Below, piece by piece: positions 29,484 through 38,516 of a stretch of DNA of 58,033 bases. Position numbers and translations under genes: made by a program. The notes under the pieces were generated by a model. It had not been told where the DNA came from, did no database searches, and saw nothing but the letters and a program-made list of their open reading frames with translations. Source of the stretch: an archaeon (GTDB lineage: Archaea > Nanobdellota > Nanobdellia > SCGC-AAA011-G17 > PNOQ01); the NCBI GenBank assembly GCA_018652475.1, contig JABICB010000009.1:1-58033 (forward strand), given 5' to 3'. Positions within the stretch are counted from its first letter, which is position 1. Each line of letters opens with the position of its first letter.

Positions 29484-29945
29484 ATGAAAAATATTAGAAC
29501 TCTTACTCCATTAAAGGCTAAGGAAGTAAAAAAAATATTCAAACAGATTGATGAACAATTCAATATAGGTAATGTTGAATTAGATTATTACTTCTTTATT
29601 AGTAGAAAAGATAGAGTATATATTATTTCTAGGGGTCTTGGAGAAAATGATTTGTTGAGTTTAAGACTTAGTCATAGTGGACTTTATTTCTGCACTATTG
29701 AAAAAGATGGCATTAGGATGAGTATAGAGGGAAGTCAATTAATTGGAAAATATGCTAAACAGAATGTTATCACTGTGGATGATGATCATAGAGATTTGTG
29801 GATTACTGGAAGTGATTTACATTTATCTGAAGAGGATTTAGGATATGTTTTGATAAAGAATGGTAGTGATTTTTATGGGTGTGGGCGTAATGTTGGAGAT
29901 AAAATATTAACTTATATTCCCAAAAGTAGAAGGGTTTTCATTTAA
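29484..29945 (+). CDS. hypothetical protein, possibly a NIP7/PUA-like RNA-binding protein
   Basis: Size and the C-terminal GYVLIKN...GCGR pattern are reminiscent of PUA-domain proteins. The assignment is weak. Confidence 0.3.
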   Translation: MKNIRTLTPLKAKEVKKIFKQIDEQFNIGNVELDYYFFISRKDRVYIISRGLGENDLLSLRLSHSGLYFCTIEKDGIRMSIEGSQLIGKYAKQNVITVDDDHRDLWITGSDLHLSEEDLGYVLIKNGSDFYGCGRNVGDKILTYIPKSRRVFI

Positions 29946-30303
29946 TTTCTATGTTAATTTTCTGAGTTGGATCTTTTAATAATTTAATCATTTTTCTATC
30001 GAAATCTTTTGCAGCTTTATCTGCCCTGATAGCATAAGTTCTATCATCTAAAAAACCAGATATTCTTATTACAAATTCTTTTTCGTGGTTAAAATGTGGA
30101 TTTGCTTCCGCAGTTATCTCTTCTTTAAATTTTTTAACTGAAATTATTATTTTTATTAATCCTGTTTTTGCTTCAGGTATTTTATCTAATTTTATTCCAA
30201 CTATACAATCCCCTTGTTTTGTTAAGTAGTCATCTTTAGTAAATTCAAAAGTATTTTTGTGAGTTGCTAAAAGATTTTCATGTCCGTATGCTTTAAATTT
30301 CAT
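29938..30303 (-). CDS. DUF371-like conserved archaeal protein
   Basis: MKFKAYGHENLLATHKNTFEFTKD...GDCIVG resembles the DUF371 N-terminal signature. Confidence 0.4.
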   Translation of the reverse strand: MKFKAYGHENLLATHKNTFEFTKDDYLTKQGDCIVGIKLDKIPEAKTGLIKIIISVKKFKEEITAEANPHFNHEKEFVIRISGFLDDRTYAIRADKAAKDFDRKMIKLLKDPTQKINIEIK

Positions 30304-30634
30304 TTTTTCTCTTTAATTTTAAATACAAGACATTACAAGGCATATAATCATTTCCCATCAATTTAGTTATATATTCGCACCTATCTTTGTTTAATGTACA
30401 TGGCGATTCCTTTGTTCTGTTAAAATAGATACGATTACAAAGATAATCCCCTTCATAATCTTCTGGATCTTTATAATGTTTTTTCATAATCATTTCATTG
30501 AGTTCTTCTTTTGACAATTCTCGTTCTAATGCGGAGATTTGAAAGTTATTTTTTCGTGTTTCTAATTCAGCTATTTTTTTAAATAAAGGCATCATTTTTT
30601 TTAAGAATGGTTTCGTATTTGGAGTGTGTACCAT
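30293..30634 (-). CDS. hypothetical Cys-containing protein
   Basis: ORF overlapping the downstream gene by 11 nt. No known motif. Confidence 0.4.
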   Translation of the reverse strand: MVHTPNTKPFLKKMMPLFKKIAELETRKNNFQISALERELSKEELNEMIMKKHYKDPEDYEGDYLCNRIYFNRTKESPCTLNKDRCEYITKLMGNDYMPCNVLYLKLKRKNEI

Positions 30635-30684
30635 GATAATTAAGGAATAATAAGTTTTTTAAATATTATTATTTAATCATTAAT

Positions 30685-31293
30685 ATGAAAGATAAGATTA
30701 AACAGGCGATAAAAACATATAATAAAATTGCAAAAATTTATTCAGAACATACTGAAAATATTTTAATGCAATATCAATTATCCAAATTTTCTTCGCTTTT
30801 ATCTGGAAAAAAGATTCTTGATGCAGGGTGTGCCTCTGGAAGGGATGCTGCTTATTTTTTTGAAGATGGTTTTGATGTAGTTGGCGTTGATATTTCTGAA
30901 TCAATGATTAAGTTAGCTAAGAAAAAAATAAAAAAAGCTAAATTCAAAGTTATGGATTTTAGAAAAATGTCTTTTAAAGATAAATCTTTTGATGGTATCT
31001 GGAGTATGGCAAGTTTGGTCCATATTGATAGGTCACAAATATCAAAAGTTTTGAAGGAATTTTTTAGGGTTCTCAGTTCTAAAGGCATATTATATATCTC
31101 GGTTAAGGAAGGAAATGGTGACGAAGAGATTAGGCAGGTCAAATATGAAAATGAACCAAGACATTTTTTTTATTTTAAGAAAGATGAATTTGAAAAATAT
31201 TTAACTGATGCAGGATTTAGTGTTCTTACTTCCGAAGTTAGTGAACTAGAGAGTGGAACAAAATGGTTAGAAATTTTTGCTAAAAAGAATTAA
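30685..31293 (+). CDS. class I SAM-dependent methyltransferase
   Basis: Motif I ILDAGCASGRD. Rossmann-type motif order. Confidence 0.8.
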   Translation: MKDKIKQAIKTYNKIAKIYSEHTENILMQYQLSKFSSLLSGKKILDAGCASGRDAAYFFEDGFDVVGVDISESMIKLAKKKIKKAKFKVMDFRKMSFKDKSFDGIWSMASLVHIDRSQISKVLKEFFRVLSSKGILYISVKEGNGDEEIRQVKYENEPRHFFYFKKDEFEKYLTDAGFSVLTSEVSELESGTKWLEIFAKKN

Positions 31294-32297
31294 TTTTTAT
31301 ATGCTGCTTCATGTAATTTTATTAATTTTTTATTTGTTCTGAAATTTTTCAAGATTATATTTATTTCATCTGCAACGCCCATTTTCAAATCCATTGGGTG
31401 AAGTTTTTCTGCAATAAAATCTTTTTCAATTTCAACATAGTTGTTATAAATTATTTTTCCACCAAATTTTTCTGGCCTGTTTATTATGAATTTTTCTTTT
31501 TTATCTTCTTTTAATACCATTATAAAATATTTTAATAATGCCATTAAACCATTATTTATATCGCCCGGAACACATTCTGCTTTGTTTATTTTTTTCTTTA
31601 CAGTCTTTTCATCATCTAATGTATCTATTTTTGTTGCTTCAATACTTGAAGACATTTTTTCTCCAATAAGTCCCCTAATTAATGGATTTAGTAGTTCAAT
31701 TCTTTTTTTGTATCCTATTTTCGGTAAATATTCTCTGGCAAAAACCATGATTTTTCTTTGATCCATTCCACCAAATTGCATATCCACATCTAAGTATTCT
31801 TCATCTAATGCTTGCATTAATGGGTAAATTATTCCTGATAGTTTTGGATTGTCTCCAAGTTTTACAACTTCTGATGCTGCTTTTTTTGCACCGTGAATTG
31901 TAGAATAAGTACTCATTTTTAATAAATCATTAAAGTATTTTTCATTTAATTGAATTTCACTACCTTTGACAAATTCTAATTTTGATATATCTACATCTAT
32001 GGTTTTTAAAATAGTAATAATTAATTCTTGATAATATTTGTATCGTTTTTCTAAAATTTCCCAAGGTACACTATCTAGTGCTGCATGTAAATCTGCTAAT
32101 AAAATTTTAACTTTTAATCCTGCCTTTAGAAAATCTGCTATTTTCAACATTGGAAAGAAATATGCTATTGATACACTTCCTGTTGGCATCGTTCCCCAAT
32201 ATACTGAGGGAGTTTTTTTCTTTTTTAATAACTCTTTCAATTCTTTTACTTCAATTATCTCTTGAAGGTTTCGAGTTATTAATTCATATTTTTCCAT
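31290..32297 (-). CDS. tyrS: tyrosyl-tRNA synthetase (archaeal type)
   Basis: GGMDQRKIMVFAREYLP and KMSSS (KMSKS) motifs, and an ADLHA region. Confidence 0.8.
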   Translation of the reverse strand: MEKYELITRNLQEIIEVKELKELLKKKKTPSVYWGTMPTGSVSIAYFFPMLKIADFLKAGLKVKILLADLHAALDSVPWEILEKRYKYYQELIITILKTIDVDISKLEFVKGSEIQLNEKYFNDLLKMSTYSTIHGAKKAASEVVKLGDNPKLSGIIYPLMQALDEEYLDVDMQFGGMDQRKIMVFAREYLPKIGYKKRIELLNPLIRGLIGEKMSSSIEATKIDTLDDEKTVKKKINKAECVPGDINNGLMALLKYFIMVLKEDKKEKFIINRPEKFGGKIIYNNYVEIEKDFIAEKLHPMDLKMGVADEINIILKNFRTNKKLIKLHEAAYKN

Positions 32298-32323
32298 TAA
32301 TTTAATTTTACCTTGAGAAGTAT

Positions 32324-32719
32324 TTAAAGTTTATCTTTCCAAATTAAGTATATTAAAATTATTGCACCCATAACATTGGCAGAATCTGCTATATTAAATA
32401 TCGGCCAAAATTTTAAATCTATGAAATCCCTAACATAACCAAAATTTACTCTATCTATAAAATTTCCAATTGTCCCACCTAATAAAAGTGCTAAAGGGAT
32501 TGCTGCATTCGAATGTTTTTTATAAAAATATATTATTGCTCCTATCATAAAAAATGAAATTATTGTTAAAATTGTTGTTGAATTACTAAATAGGCTAAAT
32601 GCTGCTCCTGTGTTTGTTGCATAATTTATTATTCCAAAATGTTTGTTTTGTAATAAAATTTTAGTTATTTGATCTAAAATTACTATTATTATTGCTATAA
32701 TCCAAAATTTTAGTTTCAT
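32324..32719 (-). CDS. lspA: lipoprotein signal peptidase (signal peptidase II), bacterial type
   Basis: NTGAAFSLF, GGTIGNFIDR, VRDFID and FNIADS motifs with four TM segments. Confidence 0.8.
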   Translation of the reverse strand: MKLKFWIIAIIIVILDQITKILLQNKHFGIINYATNTGAAFSLFSNSTTILTIISFFMIGAIIYFYKKHSNAAIPLALLLGGTIGNFIDRVNFGYVRDFIDLKFWPIFNIADSANVMGAIILIYLIWKDKL

Positions 32720-32826
32720 AATTTCAATTTTATTTTGTTACTTATATAGTTATATATATATTTTATTGATTAGAAAAATTTATATATCATTTTTGTTAAA
32801 ATGTTTATGTATTTGATTGAAGTTGT

Positions 32827-32901
32827 CTTTCGGGATTTCTTTTTTCTTATACATCGTACTTTCGCTTGGATTTGCTTTCGGGTATTTCCTTGTGTTCGTA
32901 C
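32827..32901. repeat. imperfect tandem duplication in a 253-nt spacer (CTTTCGGG(A/T)ATTTC...CGTAC twice)
   Basis: 32827..32859 and 32875..32901 share CTTTCGGGnATTTC...TCGTAC. The region is GC-richer than neighbouring spacers. Confidence 0.35.
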
Positions 32902-32941
32902 ACCTTATTTTCTGTTGTTATTTTTGGTAAAGATAGAAACG

Positions 32942-32949
32942 TTTAAAAA
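32942..32949 (+). promoter_or_regulatory. TATA-like box (TTTAAAAA preceded by AGAAAC) ~27 nt upstream of ATG 32973
   Basis: Sequence and spacing. Same AGAAAC context as the gyrB promoter. Confidence 0.4.
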
Positions 32950-32972
32950 GTTCTAAACCAGAATTTTATATT

Positions 32973-34430
32973 ATGGGTGATAGTATAGTTTCTCTTAGGG
33001 AAGAATTGAAGAAAAAAGATTTAACTGGAAGTCAAAAACAAGATATCCGGGCCAGGTTAGTGAATCTTATACGTAAGGAGACTATTGTCAAACTTTCTAA
33101 TAATGAACCATTAGAGTATCATATTACTTATGATACCTTTCAACAATCCTTGGAGCCAGTATATTTTTGGACATTAGATTTTATGAGAAATACAGTTCCA
33201 AGCGGATTAGGATTGGAAGTAAATAAAGTTGAAGAAGAGTTCGAAGCCAGCGTAGGTGGAGGATATTATGGTGAAATGGGTCAAAGGGCTTCATTAATGC
33301 AAGAAAAAGCTATGCAAATACTTGGGCATGTGAATACTGTTATTAGAAGTGTTTTGAATTTAATTTATAATTTAAGAGAATTTGATATGAGATTGGAGAT
33401 ATATGACGAGGCAGATCCAAAAAAACAAAAAGATTTCAAACAAAGGCAAGCTGCTGAATATTCCTTAAAATCTGTATGGATGGATCAAGTAGATATTAAG
33501 ACTGGGGGAGGTTCAATAAATAATCTTGCAAGAGGGGATTTACAGTTTGTTACTTTAAGAGATGCCTTTTTCCAAGTTGGGGATGTTAAAACAGTTGATA
33601 AATTAGATCTTAATCGTAGAGTAAAAATACTATTAAAGAAAAAAATTATAGAATATAGTAAATGGAGGGAGATTAGTGAACAAGAACTAAGAAAGAGACA
33701 TTCCATTGAAAAAACATATTTACGTTCACAAATTGATTCTCTGAGGTTATATACGAAGTGGGCAAAACCTTATTTTAGGGCTGCTCAAAAATTAGGCATG
33801 AAGGAATTCAAGACTGATTCGGGGCTACCTAGTCCTGATATGGTATCTGCATTTAGTAATATGCAGATGGAACTTACTTTGATGGGTAAAAGAGAAATCA
33901 AACCTTCTAAGGTTCATCCTTCTTATGCAGGGTTTAAATTTAAGGATAAATATTTTTCAGTTCTTGAAATTAATTTCAAGTATAGGACTTTACCTCAATC
34001 AGTTAGGACTGAGCAAGGTAATCAATATGTAAATTCGGGAGTGGTAGATATCAAGTTTAATGGATATGCAATGACTGATCAAGATATTAATGATATTGAG
34101 GCCCATGAAACTTTTCAGGATATGGAGTTGGTTGAAAGTCTAACTGAATTTAGCTTGAAAGAATTACAAGATGATATTGAGGATTATTTAGAAATTAAAA
34201 AAGAAGATGAACCAGAAAAGAAAAAAGAAAAAAATATTCTTATGAGTTTGGCAGGAGGATTTTCTGATATTGGTAAATCCTTGGGTGCAGGTTTTTTAAG
34301 TAATGGTGAAAGGGATCCTGGAAAGTTCAGAATTAAATTAGTTAAGAAGGCTGCTCAATCTGCAGCACTAGACACATGTGTTTTAACTTATGATGTATTC
34401 AAAAAAGCTCATCGTATGACTACTTGGTAA
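32973..34430 (+). CDS. hypothetical protein (485 aa), first gene of an uncharacterised operon
   Basis: Long ATG-initiated ORF with no signal peptide, TM segment or nucleotide-binding motif. Mixed helical and beta-like segments with an acidic/lysine-rich linker near the C-terminus. Confidence 0.65.
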   Translation: MGDSIVSLREELKKKDLTGSQKQDIRARLVNLIRKETIVKLSNNEPLEYHITYDTFQQSLEPVYFWTLDFMRNTVPSGLGLEVNKVEEEFEASVGGGYYGEMGQRASLMQEKAMQILGHVNTVIRSVLNLIYNLREFDMRLEIYDEADPKKQKDFKQRQAAEYSLKSVWMDQVDIKTGGGSINNLARGDLQFVTLRDAFFQVGDVKTVDKLDLNRRVKILLKKKIIEYSKWREISEQELRKRHSIEKTYLRSQIDSLRLYTKWAKPYFRAAQKLGMKEFKTDSGLPSPDMVSAFSNMQMELTLMGKREIKPSKVHPSYAGFKFKDKYFSVLEINFKYRTLPQSVRTEQGNQYVNSGVVDIKFNGYAMTDQDINDIEAHETFQDMELVESLTEFSLKELQDDIEDYLEIKKEDEPEKKKEKNILMSLAGGFSDIGKSLGAGFLSNGERDPGKFRIKLVKKAAQSAALDTCVLTYDVFKKAHRMTTW

Positions 34431-34431
34431 A

Positions 34432-35031
34432 ATGATTGATAAATTAAAAAAAGAACTTAGCAAATTAGAATCTAATGAAAAAAAGATATCTAAATTAACT
34501 CAGATAATTGAAACTATTGATGAGAAAAAAACTAAGAAACAGGTTGAGAATTTATTAATGGAATTAAAAAATAAAGAGGGAAAAAAGTCCTTTGATATGG
34601 ATGTTATCGAATCCACTGTGCCTCAATCTAATAATCCTCTCGTATCAATTTCTAAGTCTATAGAAGATGTTGCTGACTCTGAATTAACTAAGGAAGATAA
34701 ATTAGTGGATGAAGTTGTAAAAAGTTCTAAAATTAATAAAAAATATGAATCAGAAAAAGATACAATTGATTATGTAATTTCTGGTGAAAAACAAGATAAT
34801 TATAGTTCTTCTGAATATTCAAATAATGTAAATAATATTAATTTCAATTCTAATAATTCAGTTTTAAAAGAGGGCATGACTCAAGCAAATCAAAATTCTA
34901 AAGAAGATAGTTATAAAACTAATTTTTCAGATGTTTCCAATCTTTCACAATCTACTAGTTTAAATGTTGACGAAATTGTTACTAATGAACAGGAGAAGAT
35001 TACTAAAATCAAATATCAAAAAAATGGATGA
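34432..35031 (+). CDS. hypothetical coiled-coil / low-complexity (N,S-rich) protein
   Basis: Starts 1 nt after the upstream stop. Heptad-like K/E-rich N-terminus and an N/S-rich tail. Confidence 0.5.
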   Translation: MIDKLKKELSKLESNEKKISKLTQIIETIDEKKTKKQVENLLMELKNKEGKKSFDMDVIESTVPQSNNPLVSISKSIEDVADSELTKEDKLVDEVVKSSKINKKYESEKDTIDYVISGEKQDNYSSSEYSNNVNNINFNSNNSVLKEGMTQANQNSKEDSYKTNFSDVSNLSQSTSLNVDEIVTNEQEKITKIKYQKNG

Positions 35032-36877
35032 TTATAATAATTTTTATGGGGAATATAGGGGAAGCATGGATGAAGGTAGTTTCCATTTACCTTTCGGATT
35101 ACAATCTTCTCCAACTAGTCCCATGATTCCTAATCAGTTAGAAGAGTTAGGAAAAAGGTTAAATGAAGGTGTAAAAAATGTTGAAATTGGCGCCATAAGT
35201 CAAGATGTTTTTGAAACTATTCCTGTTGGTCACTTTAAGGAAATTGGAAGGTTGGCCAAATTAACTGATTCTAAGGTTTCTGTTCATGCTCCAATTGTTG
35301 ATCCGGCAGGATTTACTCAAGAGGGATGGAAGGAATCTAACCGTGAACAAACTGAAGAATATTTAAAATCTATTGTAGATAGAACTCAATCAATCAATCC
35401 AGATGGAAATACAGTAATTAATCTGCATACCACTGGGGGCGTTCCAGCATATGAGTGGAAAAAGGGACTTCCTGGTGAAAAAAATATGATGTTTGTAGTT
35501 AATCAAGAAACCGGACAATTAGCGCCATTAAAATATGAAAAATTAAATTATTTGGGGGAAGTAAAGGATTGGACTCCTGATCAAAAATTAGAACAATTAA
35601 ATGAATCTACTTGGGAAAATGAAAAATTAAAATTAATTAGTTATGATAAGGCAAAGGATGAATCTGAACGTATGATAATGAGGGAAAAATCTAATCCTGC
35701 TTATCAGAGTGCCTTGTATGCACAAAGACAAGGTCATTCTTTAACATCTGAACAAATTGATTATATAAAATCTGTAGGTAGAAGGCTTGATTCATATAAA
35801 CAACAAATTGAAAGTTATGATAAGGTTATCATAGAAGGTTTACAAAAAATGAATCATAACTATAAGGAATTTCATTCTATAGATACTACCGAACAAAGTT
35901 CAGTAGTATCAGCTAATGAAAAGGCATTGTCTACTCTTGGTAAAAAGTTTAGAATACAAGAAGATATCACTGAAGAAGCAAAACGAAGGGAAAATGAAGC
36001 ATTTTCTCAACTTTCTATTGATAGTTCTGATTCTGAAAGATTAAGAATATCTGGCGAAATAAATCAATGGAAAAATAATGAAATAAATTCAAAAGTTGGT
36101 GAAAAATTAGATTCGAGTTATTTATTGAGTAAACTAAATAAATTACCTGCTCCTGAACTTTTTCGTCCAGTGGATGATTTTACAAAAGAAAAAACTGTTG
36201 AAACCTTAGCAAATGTTGCTGCACATGCATATGAGAAATATGGTGAAAATGCCCCTATTTTATCTACTGAAAATTGGGAGCCAGGTTCTGCATTATCTAG
36301 GGCTGACAGCATGAAAGAATTAATTGTAGAATCTAGAGATAAGTTATCAGAAAAATTAATTGAAAGTAAAAATTTATCAAAAACTGAGGCAGACAGGGTT
36401 GCTGAGAAATTGATAGGTGCAACATGGGATATTGGGCATATTTATCAATTAAAAAAACATGGTTATTCAAAAGAAGATATTATCGAAGAGACTGAAAAAA
36501 TTTCTCCTTATTTAAAACACGTTCACCTTACAGATAATTTTGGTTATACTGATAGTCATTTAGCTCCTGGTATGGGTGATGTTCCGGTCAAAGAGATGAT
36601 TGAAAAAATGAGGGCAGGAAGTAATGCAGATATGACTTTTGTTAATGAGGCAGGAGGATTTGTAAAAAATTTCAAACAGAGTCCATTACCCCATACATTA
36701 GAGGCATTAGATTCTCCTATTTATGCAATGGATAAAGGTCCTAATTGGTCACAGGTTAAGGACTTTTATGCATCTTATACATTAGGATATAATGATTTAT
36801 TAACTGATCAACAATATACTGGTGGATTTTCAGGATTGCCCCTAGAACTTGGCGCTAGACAACGAAAAAATGAATAA
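35024..36877 (+). CDS. xylose-isomerase-like (AP endonuclease 2 family) TIM-barrel protein split by a ~270-aa helical insertion
   Basis: Ordered family motifs: NVEIG, SVHAP, VINLHTTGG, [insertion ~35445..36250], LSTENWEPG, WDIGH, HVHLTDN..DSHLAPGMGDVP. ATG 35024 overlaps the upstream stop by 8 nt. Confidence 0.6.
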   Translation: MDDYNNFYGEYRGSMDEGSFHLPFGLQSSPTSPMIPNQLEELGKRLNEGVKNVEIGAISQDVFETIPVGHFKEIGRLAKLTDSKVSVHAPIVDPAGFTQEGWKESNREQTEEYLKSIVDRTQSINPDGNTVINLHTTGGVPAYEWKKGLPGEKNMMFVVNQETGQLAPLKYEKLNYLGEVKDWTPDQKLEQLNESTWENEKLKLISYDKAKDESERMIMREKSNPAYQSALYAQRQGHSLTSEQIDYIKSVGRRLDSYKQQIESYDKVIIEGLQKMNHNYKEFHSIDTTEQSSVVSANEKALSTLGKKFRIQEDITEEAKRRENEAFSQLSIDSSDSERLRISGEINQWKNNEINSKVGEKLDSSYLLSKLNKLPAPELFRPVDDFTKEKTVETLANVAAHAYEKYGENAPILSTENWEPGSALSRADSMKELIVESRDKLSEKLIESKNLSKTEADRVAEKLIGATWDIGHIYQLKKHGYSKEDIIEETEKISPYLKHVHLTDNFGYTDSHLAPGMGDVPVKEMIEKMRAGSNADMTFVNEAGGFVKNFKQSPLPHTLEALDSPIYAMDKGPNWSQVKDFYASYTLGYNDLLTDQQYTGGFSGLPLELGARQRKNE

Positions 36878-36924
36878 AAAAGTTTTTAAAGAATAAAAAT
36901 AAAATTTAATAAAGAGGGATTAAT

Positions 36925-37767
36925 TTGGTAGCAAAGAAAAAAACAAAGGTAAAAAAGAAGTCAGTTCTTGAAACAGATTATGATATTGCTTATGATTTTT
37001 CAATGAAGGCATATAAGCAATTTAAGGAAGTTATAAAGTCCATTGTATTATTTGGAAGTGTTGCTGAAGGTAAAGTAAAAAAAGGTAGTGATATTGATTT
37101 AGTTATAATTATAGATGATTGCACTATAGATTGGGATCAAGAATTAATAGCTTGGTACAGGGAAGAATTAGGAAAATTAGTTTCTGAACAAGGTTATAAA
37201 AAAGAATTACACATTAATACTGTTACATTGAGTGCTTTCTGGGAAGAAGTTAAAATCGGAGATCCTATTGCTATCAATGTTATAAGATATGGTCAACCTC
37301 TTGTTGATTTTGGAGGTTATTTTGCACCATTAAAGATATTATTAGCTAAGGGTAAAATTCGTCCAACTCCCGAAGCAGTTTATACAACGCTAAGGAGATC
37401 TCCCCTACACATCTCTAGGGCTAAATTCAATATTGTCAGTTCTATAGAAAATCTTTATTGGGCAATGGTAGATTCTGCACATGCTGCGCTTATGGCCGCT
37501 GGTCAAGTTCCTCCAAGTCCGGAACATGTTGGTGATTTGTTGAATGTCATATTTGTTAGTAAAAAAAGATTAAATAAAAAATATATTTCTTGGTTTGAAG
37601 AAATGCATGTTCTTGCACATGATGTTATTCATGGGAATGTCAAACATCTCAAAGGAGAAATAATTGATAAATATATGGATAGGACTATTGAATTTGAAAA
37701 AGTTATGCGTGCTATCACTTCTAATCTTTTAGAACGAGAAAAAATAATAAGAACAAAAAGGGACTAA
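36925..37767 (+). CDS. nucleotidyltransferase (MNT/Pol-beta type) fused to a HEPN-like helical domain
   Basis: LFGSVAEGKVKKGSDIDLVIIIDD (GS...DxD). The C-terminal helical domain is alignable to that of 45145..46893. TTG start with an upstream AGAGGGA. Confidence 0.65.
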   Translation: MVAKKKTKVKKKSVLETDYDIAYDFSMKAYKQFKEVIKSIVLFGSVAEGKVKKGSDIDLVIIIDDCTIDWDQELIAWYREELGKLVSEQGYKKELHINTVTLSAFWEEVKIGDPIAINVIRYGQPLVDFGGYFAPLKILLAKGKIRPTPEAVYTTLRRSPLHISRAKFNIVSSIENLYWAMVDSAHAALMAAGQVPPSPEHVGDLLNVIFVSKKRLNKKYISWFEEMHVLAHDVIHGNVKHLKGEIIDKYMDRTIEFEKVMRAITSNLLEREKIIRTKRD

Positions 37768-37789
37768 TCCCTCTTTGTAATTTTTTTAG

Positions 37790-38479
37790 TTATTCAGTAC
37801 TATTTTCTTCTGTTAAAATATGGTATGAATTTCCAGCAATTGTTTTTAATACTTCATATTTAGAAGCTTCTTCTTCATTGCTTGCTAGGTGACTCATATA
37901 TCCTTCAAATTTATCTTTTTGAAATACATCTTCATCAACAAATTCATATGCCATCTTTTGTACATTTGCTTGGATTATGCCTTGATAAATTCCAAATAAA
38001 CTATCTGCGTGATTTTGTGCATGATATACTACACCCTTTTCTACGCCATATTTATCTATTAGTTCTTCAGCTGCAGAATTTATATCCTTATTTTTCAAAA
38101 CTTCTTCAGATCTTTTTACTTCTTTATGTATTTCTGTTAAGTCAGAATATTCTCCTGATTCAAAATATGGTAAATTTAATGCAAAACCTGTAGCAATTTC
38201 TGGCTTATCTATTTTAGTAGTTAATGTTTTTACTAAATCTTCTAGATTTTGTTCTGTTTTTGTCATTAAATCATTAGTTTTATTTTCTTTTTGTTCTATT
38301 GCATACATTGAAACAACATCTAATGGTGCATTGTTTAGTGCAATTGGACTTCCGAAAATTCCTTGTGAAATTTGTTGTTTAATTCCTGGTTTTTGTGGAG
38401 AATCATCAAAGATTTTATTTAATTGTTCCCATTTACTATAATCTTCAAATATTCCCATATATTCAGTTTTATTTAACAT
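37790..38479 (-). CDS. hypothetical protein (229 aa)
   Basis: ORF only; no motif recognised. Confidence 0.45.
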   Translation of the reverse strand: MLNKTEYMGIFEDYSKWEQLNKIFDDSPQKPGIKQQISQGIFGSPIALNNAPLDVVSMYAIEQKENKTNDLMTKTEQNLEDLVKTLTTKIDKPEIATGFALNLPYFESGEYSDLTEIHKEVKRSEEVLKNKDINSAAEELIDKYGVEKGVVYHAQNHADSLFGIYQGIIQANVQKMAYEFVDEDVFQKDKFEGYMSHLASNEEEASKYEVLKTIAGNSYHILTEENSTE

Positions 38480-38516
38480 TATTATGCCTCCTTATTTACT
38501 ACTAAACAGTAACTAA

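Noticed and set aside
30698-31142. Antisense ORFs inside the methyltransferase, tyrS, the 485-aa gene, the TIM-barrel gene, 37790..38479, ppsA, the ATP-grasp/OCD genes, the NTase gene, U32, corA and the HD/CNNM genes. Coordinates: 30698..30904, 30852..31142, 31486..31761, 32038..32265, 33485..33706, 36118..36312, 37882..38193, 39427..39615, 42555..42755, 43179..43406, 44684..44881, 45473..45688, 45858..46136, 46565..46807, 47818..48024, 49838..50038, 50990..51172, 51636..52012, 52640..52888, 56269..56553 and 57585..57794.
   Set aside because: Same reasoning: they are embedded antisense in stronger genes and have a composition typical of AT-rich reverse frames.
32801-32960. A small hydrophobic ORF (MFMYLIEVVFRDFFFLIHRTF...) in the long spacer.
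   Set aside because: It has no promoter or SD context and an implausible composition. The region is better described as a non-coding repeat-bearing spacer.
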